A DNA stretch of 64,000 nucleotides from Lama guanicoe (lineage: Eukaryota): contig MU053810.1 of assembly GCA_013239625.1 (NCBI GenBank), forward strand, positions 5,116,071 to 5,180,070, in the 5' to 3' direction. The translations under genes and the position numbers were made by a program. Under the pieces are notes generated by a model. That model did no database searches. It was not told the origin of the DNA and saw nothing but the letters and a program-made list of their open reading frames with translations. Below, piece by piece: positions 13,180 through 26,300 of the stretch. Position 1 is the first letter of the stretch, and every line of letters starts with the position of its first letter.

Positions 13180-15745
13180 CTTGTCTCCAGCATGATGGAG
13201 TGAGGAGGTAGACACCTCCTCTTCACAAAAAGCAAGTAGAAAGCTGGACAAAACTGTCAAAAACAACCGTTTCAGCACTCTGGAAATCAACCAAAGGCAC
13301 GCACCAAACTGAGAAGCATTTATTCATGAAGACACGGAACGCCGGGTGGAAACAGCAGAGGTCTGCGGCATTCTTGCCTGAGGATGCTCCCATTTCCGCC
13401 ACCACCCCGGTCAGCTCCGCTGTGCAACCAGGCGGCTCAGCCACAGTGGGGCACTGCCCACCTGACCAGGAGCCCGCTCAGCTGAGGAACAGCGAGGGCC
13501 AGGGCGCCGTTATCCTGAAGTTGAGGTCCCGCCTGAGCAACTAACTGGCAGACTAGTCACGGAGTTGGTAGGGAGTTCTGGGAGGTGACAGTCACGGGAG
13601 AGGGGCACACAATAAACTCTTCTCATATCCCAAGTTGACCGGAAGCTATGCACGTGCACAGCAGAGACGCGCGTGAGCCCAGCCACCCAGGCATCCCCGG
13701 GGGGTGGAGCCTGTGAGCATGTGCAAGAGAGACAAGAAAGCTCAGTGGAAAGCACAAGCCAAAGATAAACAACAAGGCCCTGCTGTAACAGCCTGTAATC
13801 GCCTATAATGAAAAAGAGTATGAAAAGGAATATATATATACGGACTAGAAATAAATTCAGCACACACACAAAAAGCCAAATAAAACCTACAAAAAAGTAA
13901 AAGCCAAGAAGACTTGAAAAAGGCTGGAAACTTGAATGTGCTTGCCAGCGCCTACATCCATTCATCAGTAGGGAGCGAAAGCCTCACGGACTTGACGTGT
14001 TTGAGTACAATCTCTAACCAATCTTAGGCTGAAGACTAAGCTATTCAGACACAGGCATGAACCCTGGTGAGTGAGGCTTACAAAGAAAGACAAGAAAAAT
14101 AAACTGCACATTATCAGAGGCTACACGTTGTGGGGGAGGCAGTTTTCACAGACTGGCAGACAAAAAAAGAAACAAAGAACAAGAACAATGAATAGGAAAT
14201 AGTTACAAATACGGTAGAGCCTTAAACCAACTATATTAATAATCACTTTAAATGTGAGTGGTCTAAATACACCAGTTAAAGGCAGAGACTGTCAGAGTGG
14301 ATTAAAAAACCCTAATATATGTTGTCCAGAAGAAATCCATTTTAAATATAAAGACACAGATAGATTAAACGTAAAGGGATGGAGAAAGATGTACTGTGCT
14401 AACATAATCAAAAGAAAGCTGGAGTAGGTATGTTAATTTCAGACAAAACAGATTTCAGAGCAAGGAAATTGTCAGGAATAAAGAGGGCCACTGATGTAAT
14501 AGAAAGAGGCCAATTCTCCAGGAAGACATAGCAGTCCTTAGTGTGTCTGCACCCAACAACAGAGTCAAAAAACTGATAGAGACTATAATTCAATTAAAAA
14601 TATATATATATATATACACACACACAAAAACCTGATAGAACTGTAAGAAGTAGAGGAATTCACCATTGTAGCTGGAGACTTCAACATCCCTCACTGAGTA
14701 CTTGACAGAGCCAACAAAACAGAAAACCAGTAAGGATAAAGTTGAATGGAATAGTACCATGTACCAACTGGACCTGGCTGACATTTATAGAATACTTCAT
14801 CCAATATCCTCCTTAAAAGATGTCAATAAGAAAATGAAAAGACAAGCCACAAACTAAGGGGAAATATTTGCAAGTCATATATTTGATAAAGGACTTGCAT
14901 CCAGAATATATAAAGAACCCTCAAAACTCAATAAGAAGACAACCCAACTGCAAAATTGGCAAATGACTCAATAGGCATCTCTCCAAAGAAGATGTATCGT
15001 TAACAAGCACACGAATCATTAAGAAAATGAAAATTTAAATCACAGTGAAATGCCTTTATATATCCACTAGAATGGCTGTAATGAAAAGACAGACAAAACT
15101 CAATGTTGGCAAGTATGTGAAGAAAATGGAACCCTCTGACATTGCTGGTGGGAAGGTAAAATGGTACAGCCACTTTGGAAAATAATTGGCAGCTTCTTAA
15201 ACTTACTGTAAAACCCAGAATTCCTCTCCAGGGAACCCACTCAAGAGAAGCGAAGAGATATGCCCACACAAAGATTTATATGCAAGTGTTCATGGAAGCA
15301 TTATTCATGGTACTAGAACTATGAAAAACTAGAAATCCAAATGTTCATCCAGAGGGAGGGTGTAGCTCAAGTAGTAGAGCACATGCTTAGCGTACACAAT
15401 GTCCTGGGTTCAATCCCCAGTACCCCCTCTTAAAGTAAATAAATAAGTAAACCTAATTACCTCCCCCGCCAAATTTTCATCCACTGATAAGTCAATAATC
15501 AGATGTTGTATTATTTAATTTATATGAAATGCTCAGAAAAGACAAATCTATATACAAAGAAATCAGATTAGTGATTGCCTCGGGGTGGGGATTGACAGCA
15601 AATTTGGGGGGATGATAAAAATATTGTAAAAGGATGGTGGTGAAGGTTGTCCAGCCATAAACATGTACTAAAAAATCACTGAATCATTTACCTACAATGG
15701 GTGAGTTTCGTGGAATGTAAATCATATCTTAATAAAATCATTTTA
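13180..15745 (+). mobile_element. Composite old L1: L1MD-like 5' region, ORF2 endonuclease fragment and 3' end
   Basis: 5' motif aagctggacaaaactgtcaaaaacaaccgtttcagcactctgg, EN region aatcactttaaatgtgagtggtctaaat, and 3' end tgtaaatcatatcttaataaa. Confidence 0.8.
15352..15468 (+). mobile_element. Vic-1-like SINE nested in L1
   Basis: A/B boxes. TSD ccaaatgttcatcca (15337-15351) / ccaaattttcatcca (15469-15483). Confidence 0.88.
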
Positions 15746-17462
15746 AAGGTAGGGACGGGCATTCTTGGGGCCCCACCCCAGACCACTGACTCAGAGTTTC
15801 CAGACATAAAGCTTAAGATTAGGCATTTTTGCAAGTTCACTGGGTTAGTCTCCTGTATAGGGACCTGGTTACTTTGCCAGGATGATACCTCAGTCACATA
15901 CTAGATCAGGGTGGCATTAAGTCATAAATTAATTTTCAGATGAGCAAAGTAGGCATTTGTTTAAACCAGGGGGTTCCCAATCTTGTGTGAAGACAAGACA
16001 CTTCTGAGAGTTATTAGGAGGGGAGCTGAGTACAGAGACACCCACTACAAAACAAGAGTCAGTTTAATTGTCAAAGTTGAGCAGATTTCTTCACTTCCCA
16101 CCCCTCCCCCCCTTTTTTTTTGCAGGAATCTGTATCTTTAATATGAATTGCCAACAGGGAGGTTTAGCAATTTTGGGGATGCCAAATTTCTCATATTTAT
16201 TTCATCATAGAAATTTTTTTTCCCTCTGAGGAGCAAAACTTATGTTCCACGGAAGGCCACCTAGGGCTGTGAGAAACCCCAAACCAGATCTTATTTTAAT
16301 AGTAGACTATAGTTTGAGAGAATACACAATGTGCAAGTCTTATCCAACGGAAAATCTTAGAAAATCCTGAGTGAAAGAATGACATTTCCTTTTGCTTACA
16401 GACAGGCATTGATGGAAAGATAATATCCTGGGAATAGCCACCATCAAGTGTTTTTCAAACTTTCCTTTGGCTGAGGACATATTTCATAAGTTAAATTTTA
16501 ACTCAGAAGAATATAACAGCTTTAAAAAAAAATACAGGCAGAAGTACAAGAGTTTAAGGGAAAGGGTGGAGTGGGGAGCCCCAAGTTTCAGTCTGCTCCT
16601 GCTCCCCAGTGCCTCTCCCACTCCAGTGTCTGAGTCTGAAATCCACGAAGCTTGCTTTTCATATAGATGTGAGGGCTTAAGCATCTGATCTCTGCACAGG
16701 ATATTAGAGGTCCATGGCAAGGCAATGGCAGGGGCATTAAGGCAGCTTCGTTAAAGGAATAGGACCTATAAATCCTGGTGCTTATGGTGGGTTGACTTGG
16801 AGGAGGTTCAGAAAATGAAGAAACAAATGAAGGTGACTTAGGGATTTAGAACAGGAGAGAAAAATGTTAGCTTTCAGAAAGCCAGTTGGCTTGGAAGGAG
16901 CCCGAGGATATCTATGTAGACAGGTCTGAATGAACTAGAAATAGTATTTGAGAAATAGTTCTGTGCTGTTATTTTTAAGTTGCAAATATTCCTATTTCCA
17001 AAACATTACCACTGGAAACCTAATGGTGCACACGATCTGTGAGACACGACTTATCCAAGATAAATGCAAGTTGCTGGAAAACCCGGGGCTTTGGGGGTGT
17101 GGCCTATGAAGGCAGAGGTCACCTCTTAAGCCTCCTTGGTTAACTCAAGAGTCTGTGGCAAATGTGAGACACTTTCCCAGCCTCCATTTAAATCAGTTTC
17201 TACAGGACATTTGTTAATTACAGGCTGTTACTTAGGATGTTAATACCTTCCATATGCCTCTCCTTCTTACTCTTTGCCCTGAACAAATAACCCAGTAAAA
17301 AGTTCAGTTAAAGCACAGATTTATTTTATTCCAAATCCTCCGTCCTATAGAAGTTCTGTCTACCACCACACAGAAGAGACTCAGGAATAGGGTCCCCAAG
17401 TGTACTGCATGATTCACACGAGAGAGGGTGAGGCAAAAGCCGACACAGGAAGCAGCACTCAC

Positions 17463-17569
17463 CTGTCCACAATGATGCCATGAGGTATGAGAACGTGGTC
17501 CAAGTCTCCGTAATAGTGCTGTGGGTACGTGAACAAATTCAGGTCGTACCCTGGCCAATCGTCCGTAAT
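17463..17569 (-). CDS. PRTFDC1: PRTFDC1 coding exon 2 ([36 protein letters not shown])
   Basis: 107-nt exon with a ttacag acceptor and GTGAGT donor, phase 0 to phase 2. The translation matches HPRT-family/PRTFDC1 exon 2 and is in frame with exons 1 and 3. Confidence 0.97.
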
Positions 17570-17952
17570 CTGTAAGTCAAATTATTTTGGTTACAACACT
17601 TTTCACTGGAAATTTACTTTAAAACGTAAGTAAACAAGATCATCCTTTGAAAACGGAGACTAATTCTGACAATCCACATAGCATTAAATTATATCGCTTA
17701 TTCTGTCAACCTATGAGAAACCCAGTGGAACAAGGTCATTTATTTCATGCAACCTGATAAAGGACCTAGTACTGAAGTGAACAGAGAACTCCATTCCTGA
17801 CTTTTGGCATCATAAGATAAAATATCAGCTTAATGTCTTACAGGTAACCTGATAGCACTGTTTGTAAGAGTGCACACATTTAAATATACAATGTATATCT
17901 CAATTATAAATATTATCATGAATATATCATAAATGACATTATTTCTGTAATT

Positions 17953-17982
17953 ATAGGCACCCTCATATTATTGGGCTTCCCA

Positions 17983-18020
<38 letters not shown>

Positions 18021-18270
18021 TGAAGGTTTATGGCCACCCTGCATTGTCAGATGATGGTTAGCATTTTTTTTTACCAATAAAGTGTTTTTTAATTAAGGTA
18101 TATTCATTGTATTTTGGACACAATGCTGTTGCACACTTAATAGACTATAATACGGCATAAATATAACTTTTGTATGCACTGAGAAACCAAAAAAAAATTT
18201 TGTGACTCGCGTTATTTGCTTAATTTTGATGGTCTGGGGCTCAACTCACAGTATATCCAAGGTATGGCTG
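17953..18270. mobile_element. Tigger1-derived non-autonomous DNA transposon
   Basis: Degenerate CAGGCATACCT-type TIRs and Tigger1 internal text (tcagatgatggttagcatt; gcacacttaatagacta). Confidence 0.82.
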
Positions 18271-19299
18271 TGTATTAATATAGATGGTTATCATCCCACA
18301 TTATTGTAATATATATATTATTACATATCTGTGCACTGTGGATGCCTCATCTGCCTGGGAAAAAGTACCTACTACAAGTACATGTCTCCTGGGATTAGTG
18401 TAGACCCAAACTTCTGAGTGGCCTGGTCATTACATAAAGACTTCAGAGGGATGTGCTACGGTGGGAACTTAAGTCAGTCCTGTTATGAAATGGTTGCTCC
18501 AGAAAATGGGTGTAAGTCAGATAGTGGGGACTGCTAGCAAGTCTTCCTCTTACTTAGGACTGGATGTCTGTGTTTCGTGGTTCAATAGTAAAGAGGTGGG
18601 AGGCAGAAGCACAGTGGAGATCAAGTTTACTTTCAGATCATCAAGAAAGGCTGTGACACAGAGGTGTTAGGCACTCGAGCCAAAGCACAGCTGAGCCGCC
18701 GCTCTGGTTGTCCACTTCCTCCCGCACACTCCCATCAGGCACCTCTCTGCAGCTTTGAGCTCTCCAGGCCTTTCATAATGCGGGCCTATCCTAATTCTCC
18801 ACCCACTCCACCAACCCCTCTTGTCCTCAGACTGGTCTCCAGTCAAATCATGATCCTTCCCAGCTCTGGGTTCTGTTCATTTGTCTGTCTTGCACCTACG
18901 ACCTCTCCCTCTCCATCCCTCCAAGCTCGGCATCTTCCGCAGAAACTCAGGTCAGTCCCCACTTCCTTCAAGGGGTCTCACTGACTGCTCCTGCTCTATG
19001 ATCTTGTCGCCCAAGCCCCTGGTGCCCCTCACAGCTCTCTGCTCCTCGAGAAGACTCCTGTCCCTTCCAGCCTCTGGCTCACTCATCTTATCAGTTTTCT
19101 GTTGTTTTAAAATCCATTTTGACTTCATTTAATGCTGGAATAGCCCCCTGTTTTGCACCTTCCTCCTCACCCAGGACTCAAAACCAGTACTCTTTTGCCC
19201 CGGGTTTGAACGGGCAAGTGATGGTCCAGCCCCGATCCGCTCTCATCCCAGTTCTGGAAAGCCAGCCAAACCAAACTTGTGGTACCTTCCCCCAAAGGT

Positions 19300-20190
19300 C
19301 TCCCTCCCCTCTCAGCAAAGGGCAACTCACTTGCCCCAGTTGCTCAGATCAAACCTTGGAGTTGTAGTTGACTTCTTTCTTTCACCACCCACCTCCTGCC
19401 TCCGTGCAACCCATTAGCAAGTCCTATCGTCAACTCCTTCAAAATTTCATCAGGATCACCTCTCAGCAGCCTACTGCCTCCCCAGGGTCTCTGCCACCAC
19501 CCTTCCTCCCGGGACCACTGCTGTAGCTACCGACCTCACCTTCTGCTTCCACTTTGGCAATGCTGTCTCCCTCCCCACCCCCGACACGGCAGCAGGAGTT
19601 CTGCTTTAAAAATGTGCATCCTATCACGGCAGTCTACTGCTCAAATTTTTTTTAAGGGGTTCCCATTTCACTCGGAGTGCCAGAGTCCTCACCAGGGCCC
19701 ACAGGGTCACCCTCTCTGCCCTGTCCCTGGCCCTTGCTCCTGCCCTCCCTCCCTCTGCTTCAGCCACCATTCTCCACGATGATCCCTGAGTGTGCCAAGC
19801 ATCTCCTGCCCCAAGAGCTTTGCACCTGCTATTTTGTTTGCCTACAGTTCTCTTCCCCTGGATGCCCACATGGCTTACCCTTCACTTCCTTCATGTCTCT
19901 GTTCAAAGGTCGCCTCCACAGAGAGGCCCCCCCGACACCTCTATAAAATAGCACCCCTTCCTTCCCGCTCACCCTGACATCCTTCTTGCCCAGCCTTACT
20001 GTCCTTCATAGCACGTTATTCCCACTGGGTGTGACACGCCTGCCTGTGCGTGTGTTTGGTCTCGTCTCTTCCCACTGGGATGTTTGTTCCTCCTGGGAGA
20101 GACTTTGCCTTATTCATTGTTGAAACCCCAGTGCTCAGAACACTGACCTGGAACACAGCAGGTGCTCCAAAATGTGACATGAGTGGATGA
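19300..20190. mobile_element. L2 LINE fragments
   Basis: L2 motifs ttgctcagatcaaaccttggagt and tttgcacctgctat, with the 3' end cctggaacacagcaggtgctccaaaatg...tggatgaatg. Confidence 0.75.
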
Positions 20191-21009
20191 ATGATAGTCT
20201 CCATCCACGGACTACCCCACCTTCAGTTTATCTCCGGGTTAAAGAGCACACTGCTCAAGGCTCTGGAAATTCCTATCTACCATGGGCAGGCAGAGAGCCA
20301 AATGGTGTATGACATCCGTGTATCTGAAGATCATCACATCTGCTCTGCCTCCCCCAGCAAATTGGCTGCATGCAACTGTTGAATCTGCACGGAGTGACTC
20401 TGGCTTCCACCCTGGGAACTCCCGGGGCCCTGTGTAACCATCAACAGCACAGCGGCTGGTCAGAGCCTGAACTACCAGCTGAATATGACGAGCTTCCCGA
20501 AGATCTGCTGGCAGGCCACGATGAAGGCCAGACCGGAAGCCTGACGGGCAGCAGGCCCCAGGGAGATCATCGCAGGGCACAGCACTTTCTGGCCCCCCCG
20601 ACAGACCACACACACTGCCCACACCACCTCCTGGAGCCCTTCCCGTGGTGGCATCATGAACCAGTGGTCATTCCTCCCACCATGGAAATCCTTTAGTGCC
20701 CCTGGCTCTGGCTGAATCTCAGAGACTACACTCCAGTCCATGTCCTAGAGCCCAGCTCTGACCCTTACTATGGACAATGTTAGGAAAATTCCTTCTGAGA
20801 CGCAATTCCCACCCCTCTTTAAATGAGACACAATAAAACTGATAGGCAGGCTTATTTTTAGGATAAAAAGATAGAACAGATAATATACTTAGAGTACATT
20901 TCCAGGCATATAATCAATGCTTAATAAATGGTGTCAACAAAAAGGAAAAGAACGATAAAAAGACAAATAAAACAAACCTACAGATAAAAACTGTACTGGT
21001 AATCTGCTC

Positions 21010-21250
21010 AGGGGCAGCATGGAGTAATGGTTCAGAGCTTAGATCAGAAGTCTAACACACCTGGGGGTGAACTGACTAGCTGTAAAGGGACGTAGCGCAT
21101 TTTTAACCTCTCTGGGTCTCAGTGTTCTCACCAGTAAAATGGAGTCAATGACTACCTCATATGCTTATTTCAAGGATTAAATAAGATAGATAATGGATAT
21201 AAAACTCTCCCATCAGGACCTGGTTGGTGGTACTCTGCAATGGATGTTAA
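21010..21250. mobile_element. MIR SINE
   Basis: aacctctctgggtctcagtgttctcaccagtaaaatgg core. Confidence 0.7.
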
Positions 21251-23079
21251 CGAGTCAGATGCACTAAAACATCAATAGTTTACTTACAAATGATATTTTT
21301 TAATTAATTTAAAGATGTGACTCTAACCTGTTTGCCAAAGTCCTATTACCCGAGTTAAAGCTGCGAATTTAAAAGTAGAAGAAATGCGTTTCTCTAAAAC
21401 CATTCTATAAGCCAAACCTGCCTATTTCCCAAGAGTCTGAAATAGTGAGTTTTCGTTGTAGAGATGAAAGACAACCAGAGATAAGGGAACCACTGGTTTA
21501 TCCTTAATAGTGCATGCAAATTGCACTGTAAATGCGTCCTAAACCTGAGGGGACAGGGGCTGTTAGGAACTGCAGATAATTGTGTTATTCATCTGCTTTT
21601 TGAACAATCAAAACAAGAAGTCTTTAAATAGTTTCAGTATCACAGATAATATGCTCTAAGTTTATTCAGAACAATGCGTTCTCTGTTCAAAGACGCAAAA
21701 CACGGCCAAGCTGGGGAAGTGACAAACACATTAACCGAGCCGTCTTATACAACATCCAAGCCCCAGAACTCCTTCGGACTCTCTTTCCTTCATTTGAAGA
21801 TATATGGAAAACCTTCTTTCTAAGTTATTAAAAGCAAGTTTTGCTTAGAATATTTCTTACATTATTTTCCAAGTTGTCTCCCCTCAGGGAGAAAAATAGT
21901 TACGAAAGACATACAAAAAGCCAATCTCTGCTCCTGTCTGCTGCTAAGCCCCAGCCTCTGGGCCCCACTCTCCCCTTCACGCAGTGACCACGGTGGCCAC
22001 CAATTTCAGGTTCATATCCACCCGTCCACCGTTAGAGAGGAAGGGAGTCTTATCCCTCAGCTCTGCTTCTGGGAATCCCAGACAAGAACATCAACTGGCC
22101 CAGCTGGGGTCACTGGTCCAGCCCCCGGAGCCGGGGAAGGAGGTGCATCATGACGGATGCCTCAGAGCCACATGGAGAAATGAGCTGACGTGGTCTCCTA
22201 AAAGAAGGGCCCTGGGTTCTGCTGCCAGAGGCATGAAGGAGGCTTAACAGAACAAATAACATCTTGTATTCCGCAAGCTTTCCTCTTCCGTGCTGGGTTC
22301 TACACCCGGAAGGTGAAACTCACTACACTAGTAAAGTTGTGTTTTAGACGGACTATCTCATTCCTGCCGCATTTCTACTGGGGGTGGGGGTGTTGGCAGA
22401 AACCATAACAGAAACAGAACCATTTTAGATTTTCTCTTTCTCTTTATTCCTACCAAATTCACATGGGTAGGTACCAACTATGGTTCTTTTGATAATGGTT
22501 CTGTAAAAACAAAACATATCTAATATTCTGATCCCCAAAGGCCAGATGGGTAGAGATTTTTTCTCTCCCCATGAAGTAACAAAGAGACACCAACCGAGTG
22601 GGAGGTAAGGGGGACACCAGTGACCAGTCTACCCTGAGTCAAGTTTGTGAACTCAGGATCTACATCTCTGATGTGGCAATTGGCATTTGTTCGCATTTAT
22701 TGTTAATCATCTACCAATGTCCTACCTCCCCAATTCAGCTGAAAGCCATCTGTAGACAAGAGCCACCTCCAGTCTCTTAACATTCGTTTCTCTTACACAA
22801 ACTGTACTTCCTGGTTTATGCTTAAGTCATCTGGCTCTATGCCCCTTGTCATCCTTATTGCTAAGTTTCTACCAACTCAGAATGGTTTTCTCTACCTCAT
22901 TTCCAGACACTCCAGTACCAACCTGGACGATCATTCTAGCATCTCCAACTTATAGCAACTTCATCTACCTTGGCTCAAAGGATTTCATCTCTATTCCACC
23001 TCTGCCACATCCAGTCCACCACAGCAGCCCCACCTCTGAGATTCTTCCCCAGAATCACAGCTTCCTAAGCAGCCAGTGA

Positions 23080-23272
23080 TGGAAAGCTGGCTTCAGTTCC
23101 TGCTTCTGCCATCTGCTAATCATGTGACCCGGGCGATTACTTATCAGTGCCTCAGTTTCCTCCCCTGTAGAATGGGGATTGTAGTAGCCCTACCTCACAG
23201 ATTTGTGAGGATTACATGAATCATACAGGAAAGCCAGACACTAGGTGCTCAATAAATGCTTGCTATTATTAC
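23080..23272. mobile_element. MIR SINE
   Basis: gcctcagtttcctcccctgtagaatgggg core and gtgctcaataaatgcttgctattatt end. Confidence 0.78.
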
Positions 23273-23829
23273 CTGCCCCTTTTTTTCACCGGTACTATAA
23301 CTTCCCTTTGATCTTTTTCCCACCCATCCTTGGGGGCTCTGTTTTCCCAGTGTACACACCCTCCTGAGCTATCCTATCCCTCTTTCAACCCTAGATGCCG
23401 TTGGCTCCCACCAGCACCTTGAATTCATCCTGAATTTGCCTTGCCTGCCCATATCCAACTTGAAGTTAATCTAATTATCCCAAGTTCTACTGGAGGAAAT
23501 GACATGAATGCAGGGACGATCTCCAATATACCTTGATTACTTCCAACATCAGTGGACCTTCTCCCTACCCCCCTGCATCTTTCATCAGATTACCTTGCTT
23601 TCGAAAGGGCTTCCTTTAACACCAAGAGACTGAGCTATTTACTTTTCCATCATTTGCTTCTGAGACTTTAATGATCTACTGTTCCTATTAGTCATATCAA
23701 TTTACCTCATTCCTTTTTAAGAGAATCCATTATTAAATAATAGTACTATATTTTAACCATTCCACTGATGGAATAATTGTTCAGAAGATTCTCATTACTA
23801 ATGGCTTTGCAATTGTCTTTTGCATCTTG

Positions 23830-24735
23830 ATCCTACTTACTCTTTCTGCAGCATCTGACCCTCCTGATGACCTCCTAGCCCCCTCACCTCCACAGAACTC
23901 TTTCCTAGGCACCTGCCACTCTGTCTGCTCTCTGCTGCTTTGTATCCATTCTTGGTCTCCTTATCTGGCTTCTCCCAGACATTGCCTCTTACATTTGGGA
24001 GTTCCTAGATTTCTACCCTTAACAACAGTTTTACATTTCGCCCCCCTATGTTCACTGTGCATCCCTATCTGCTGCAAGCATCAGATATTTTTCTATTTGC
24101 TGACGATTCCCAAAGCTATATAATCACCCTCCTGCATTCCAAATACGAATTTCAAATTGCCTCCCAAGCATCCTGACTGTAAGCCTGTAAGCTTCACAGG
24201 CACGATAGAGTCAGCTCGTCCAGAACGGAACTTAATGATTTCCCATTTTACATTTTCATTCTCCTTCAACTCACCCGACTCCTAGGACTGACCATCATCT
24301 CCATGGCAACTGGAGCGATCTTTTTTTTTTTTTTTAAAGCAGAAGCTGGATGTCATGATTTCTTCTCAGAAAGTCTAGCGACTCTGTGCTGACTTGGCGT
24401 ACCCTCCTCCAGAGTCTTCACACAGCTACCTCCTGCTTACCTTTCAGCTCTTGGCTCACATGTTACCGCCGAGAGGCCGCCCTGACCTTCTGAGCTAAAG
24501 CAGCATCCCCAGCCCTCCACCAATCACTATCTCCTTGCTCTCTTCTCTTTTCATTGTGCGTATCACTAGGAACATATCTTCTTTGTTTATTTGCTTTCAC
24601 ACTGCTTGTCTCTGTTCCCCTCTAGAATGTGAGTTCCATGAAGACTGGGTGTTTTCTTGTTTCCCCAGAATCTAGAACACCACCTGGAACCCAGCAGGAC
24701 AGTCAATATGAATGGAATAAAAAAATAAATGAACT
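23830..24735. mobile_element. L2 LINE fragments
   Basis: Pyrimidine-rich L2-like text with the end ctagaatgtgagttccatgaag...cctggaacccagcagg. Confidence 0.65.
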
Positions 24736-25199
24736 TCTCCTTTAGAAAGGAAAGGCCTGGCTGTGAACTGAGTGTTGGGCAACACAGTTCAACCTGAACA
24801 GACAGTTGGGTTAGAGTGTGAGGTGCTTCCCAACGGGACCCTCCTACTCCCGTGGTCCCTTCACCCTCACAGACAGATTATCTGTGCTTTACAGGCTGAT
24901 CTCTGAACCAAGAATCTTAATGTAGCAAGTTCGCCCCACCCACCACCCTTATCCCGTTTCACTTTAAACCTGCCACATTAAAACCACCGCCTTCCACAGA
25001 AACTGTTCTCTACCCAGCAGGTGCCAGCGGCCACAGGGCAAGACCAGGTTTGATTCCAGGACACGGAGGGAAGGGTACCCACTGAATGATGGTTGACTTT
25101 GAGGGGATTCCCAGGGATAAACAGGCTGAGGTCTAGGACCCCATCATCCCACATCCTCTCATCCGGACACACTACTAGATATATACATCTTCTCCAGCT

Positions 25200-26300
25200 G
25201 GCTTAACGGGCCCAGCCTGCCGTGTTTCCCTTTTGCAGAAACTGACGGCCGCTCGAGCGGCGCCAGGGTGTCCCGAGCTCGTGCAGGGGCCCCACAGAAA
25301 GTCCTAGCCCAGGTTCCAAAGCCCAAACTCCGTCTGCTACAGCCACTTTATTTCCTAGCTGTCCTGGAGAATCCTCCAGTGAGGAGGCCTGCTGGGGTCT
25401 TCGCAGGCCCGCCCCGAGCCCAGAGGTGACGGTGACTCCTGGTGGCCAGCAGGAGTGGGGACCCGGCACTGGACAGGCTTAACGCTGGAGTATAGGATTC
25501 CTGGCGGGGCGGGGGGGAGGAGAGAGGGGTGCGGAGGGAACACAGAGAACACGGGGTGAAGGGATGTTAAGTGTGGGGTCGGATTGGGCGCCGGGGCGAG
25601 GGGGAGGGTGGAAGCGATCCGGCCGGGAGGGAAGAACAAAAGCTGTGGCCGGCCGTCACCCGAATGCCCTTCGGCCGTTTAATCTAAAAGTAGGGGGTTG
25701 CCAAGAAGAGAGGGGAGGGAAGAGCGCGGGGAGCGCGCGACTCGGCCCCGAAATCGGAGTCTGCATTTACCACGACGCCTCGCCCGTAGTCTGGCGCCTC
25801 CTCACTGCTCCCGGCCATGTTTCTCTGGGGAAAGCGGGAAGCAAAGAAGGGAACGGGAAGGATCCGGGAGGGTGACGGGCCGGGAGCGGGTGGGGATGGG
25901 GCTGCCCTGCCCGGGCCGCCGGACTGGAAAGCGGCGGCGCGCCGAAGACCCCAGGCCTGGCACGGGTCCAGCGCCTAGGCCGGCGCCCCCACCCCCGGTC
26001 GGTCCTCTGGCGGGGATGCGTGGCCCGGAGCGCGCCGCCGGGGTGGGGATGCGGGGCCCCGAGCGCAGAGCGGAGGCGCGGGGCGCAGCTGCCGAGCAGC
26101 GCCAGCCCCACCTGAGCGCCGGCCCCGGGCGCCCGCGCGCGTCCCCTGAGGCCACCGCCCATCTGCGATCCCCGAGCCCCGCCGCCTGCCCCGCGCCCGT
26201 GGGGACTCGGGAGACCCAGGCTGCCCGCGGCTCGGTTTTTACAGGAACAGAAAGTGTGCCCAGGTCCCCCGCCTCCTCAAGTCTGTCGTCCCAGCTTTCA
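25200..26300 (-). promoter_or_regulatory. CpG island / PRTFDC1 promoter
   Basis: Very GC- and CpG-rich stretch with GC-box-like motifs around exon 1, against a CpG-depleted AT-rich background. Confidence 0.9.
25771..25818 (-). CDS. PRTFDC1: PRTFDC1 coding exon 1 (MAGSSEEAPDYGRGVV)
   Basis: ATG at 25818-25816 in a strong Kozak context (gaaacATGG). The 48 nt translate to the recalled human PRTFDC1 N-terminus and are followed by a GTAAAT donor. The exon lies in a CpG island. Confidence 0.96.
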
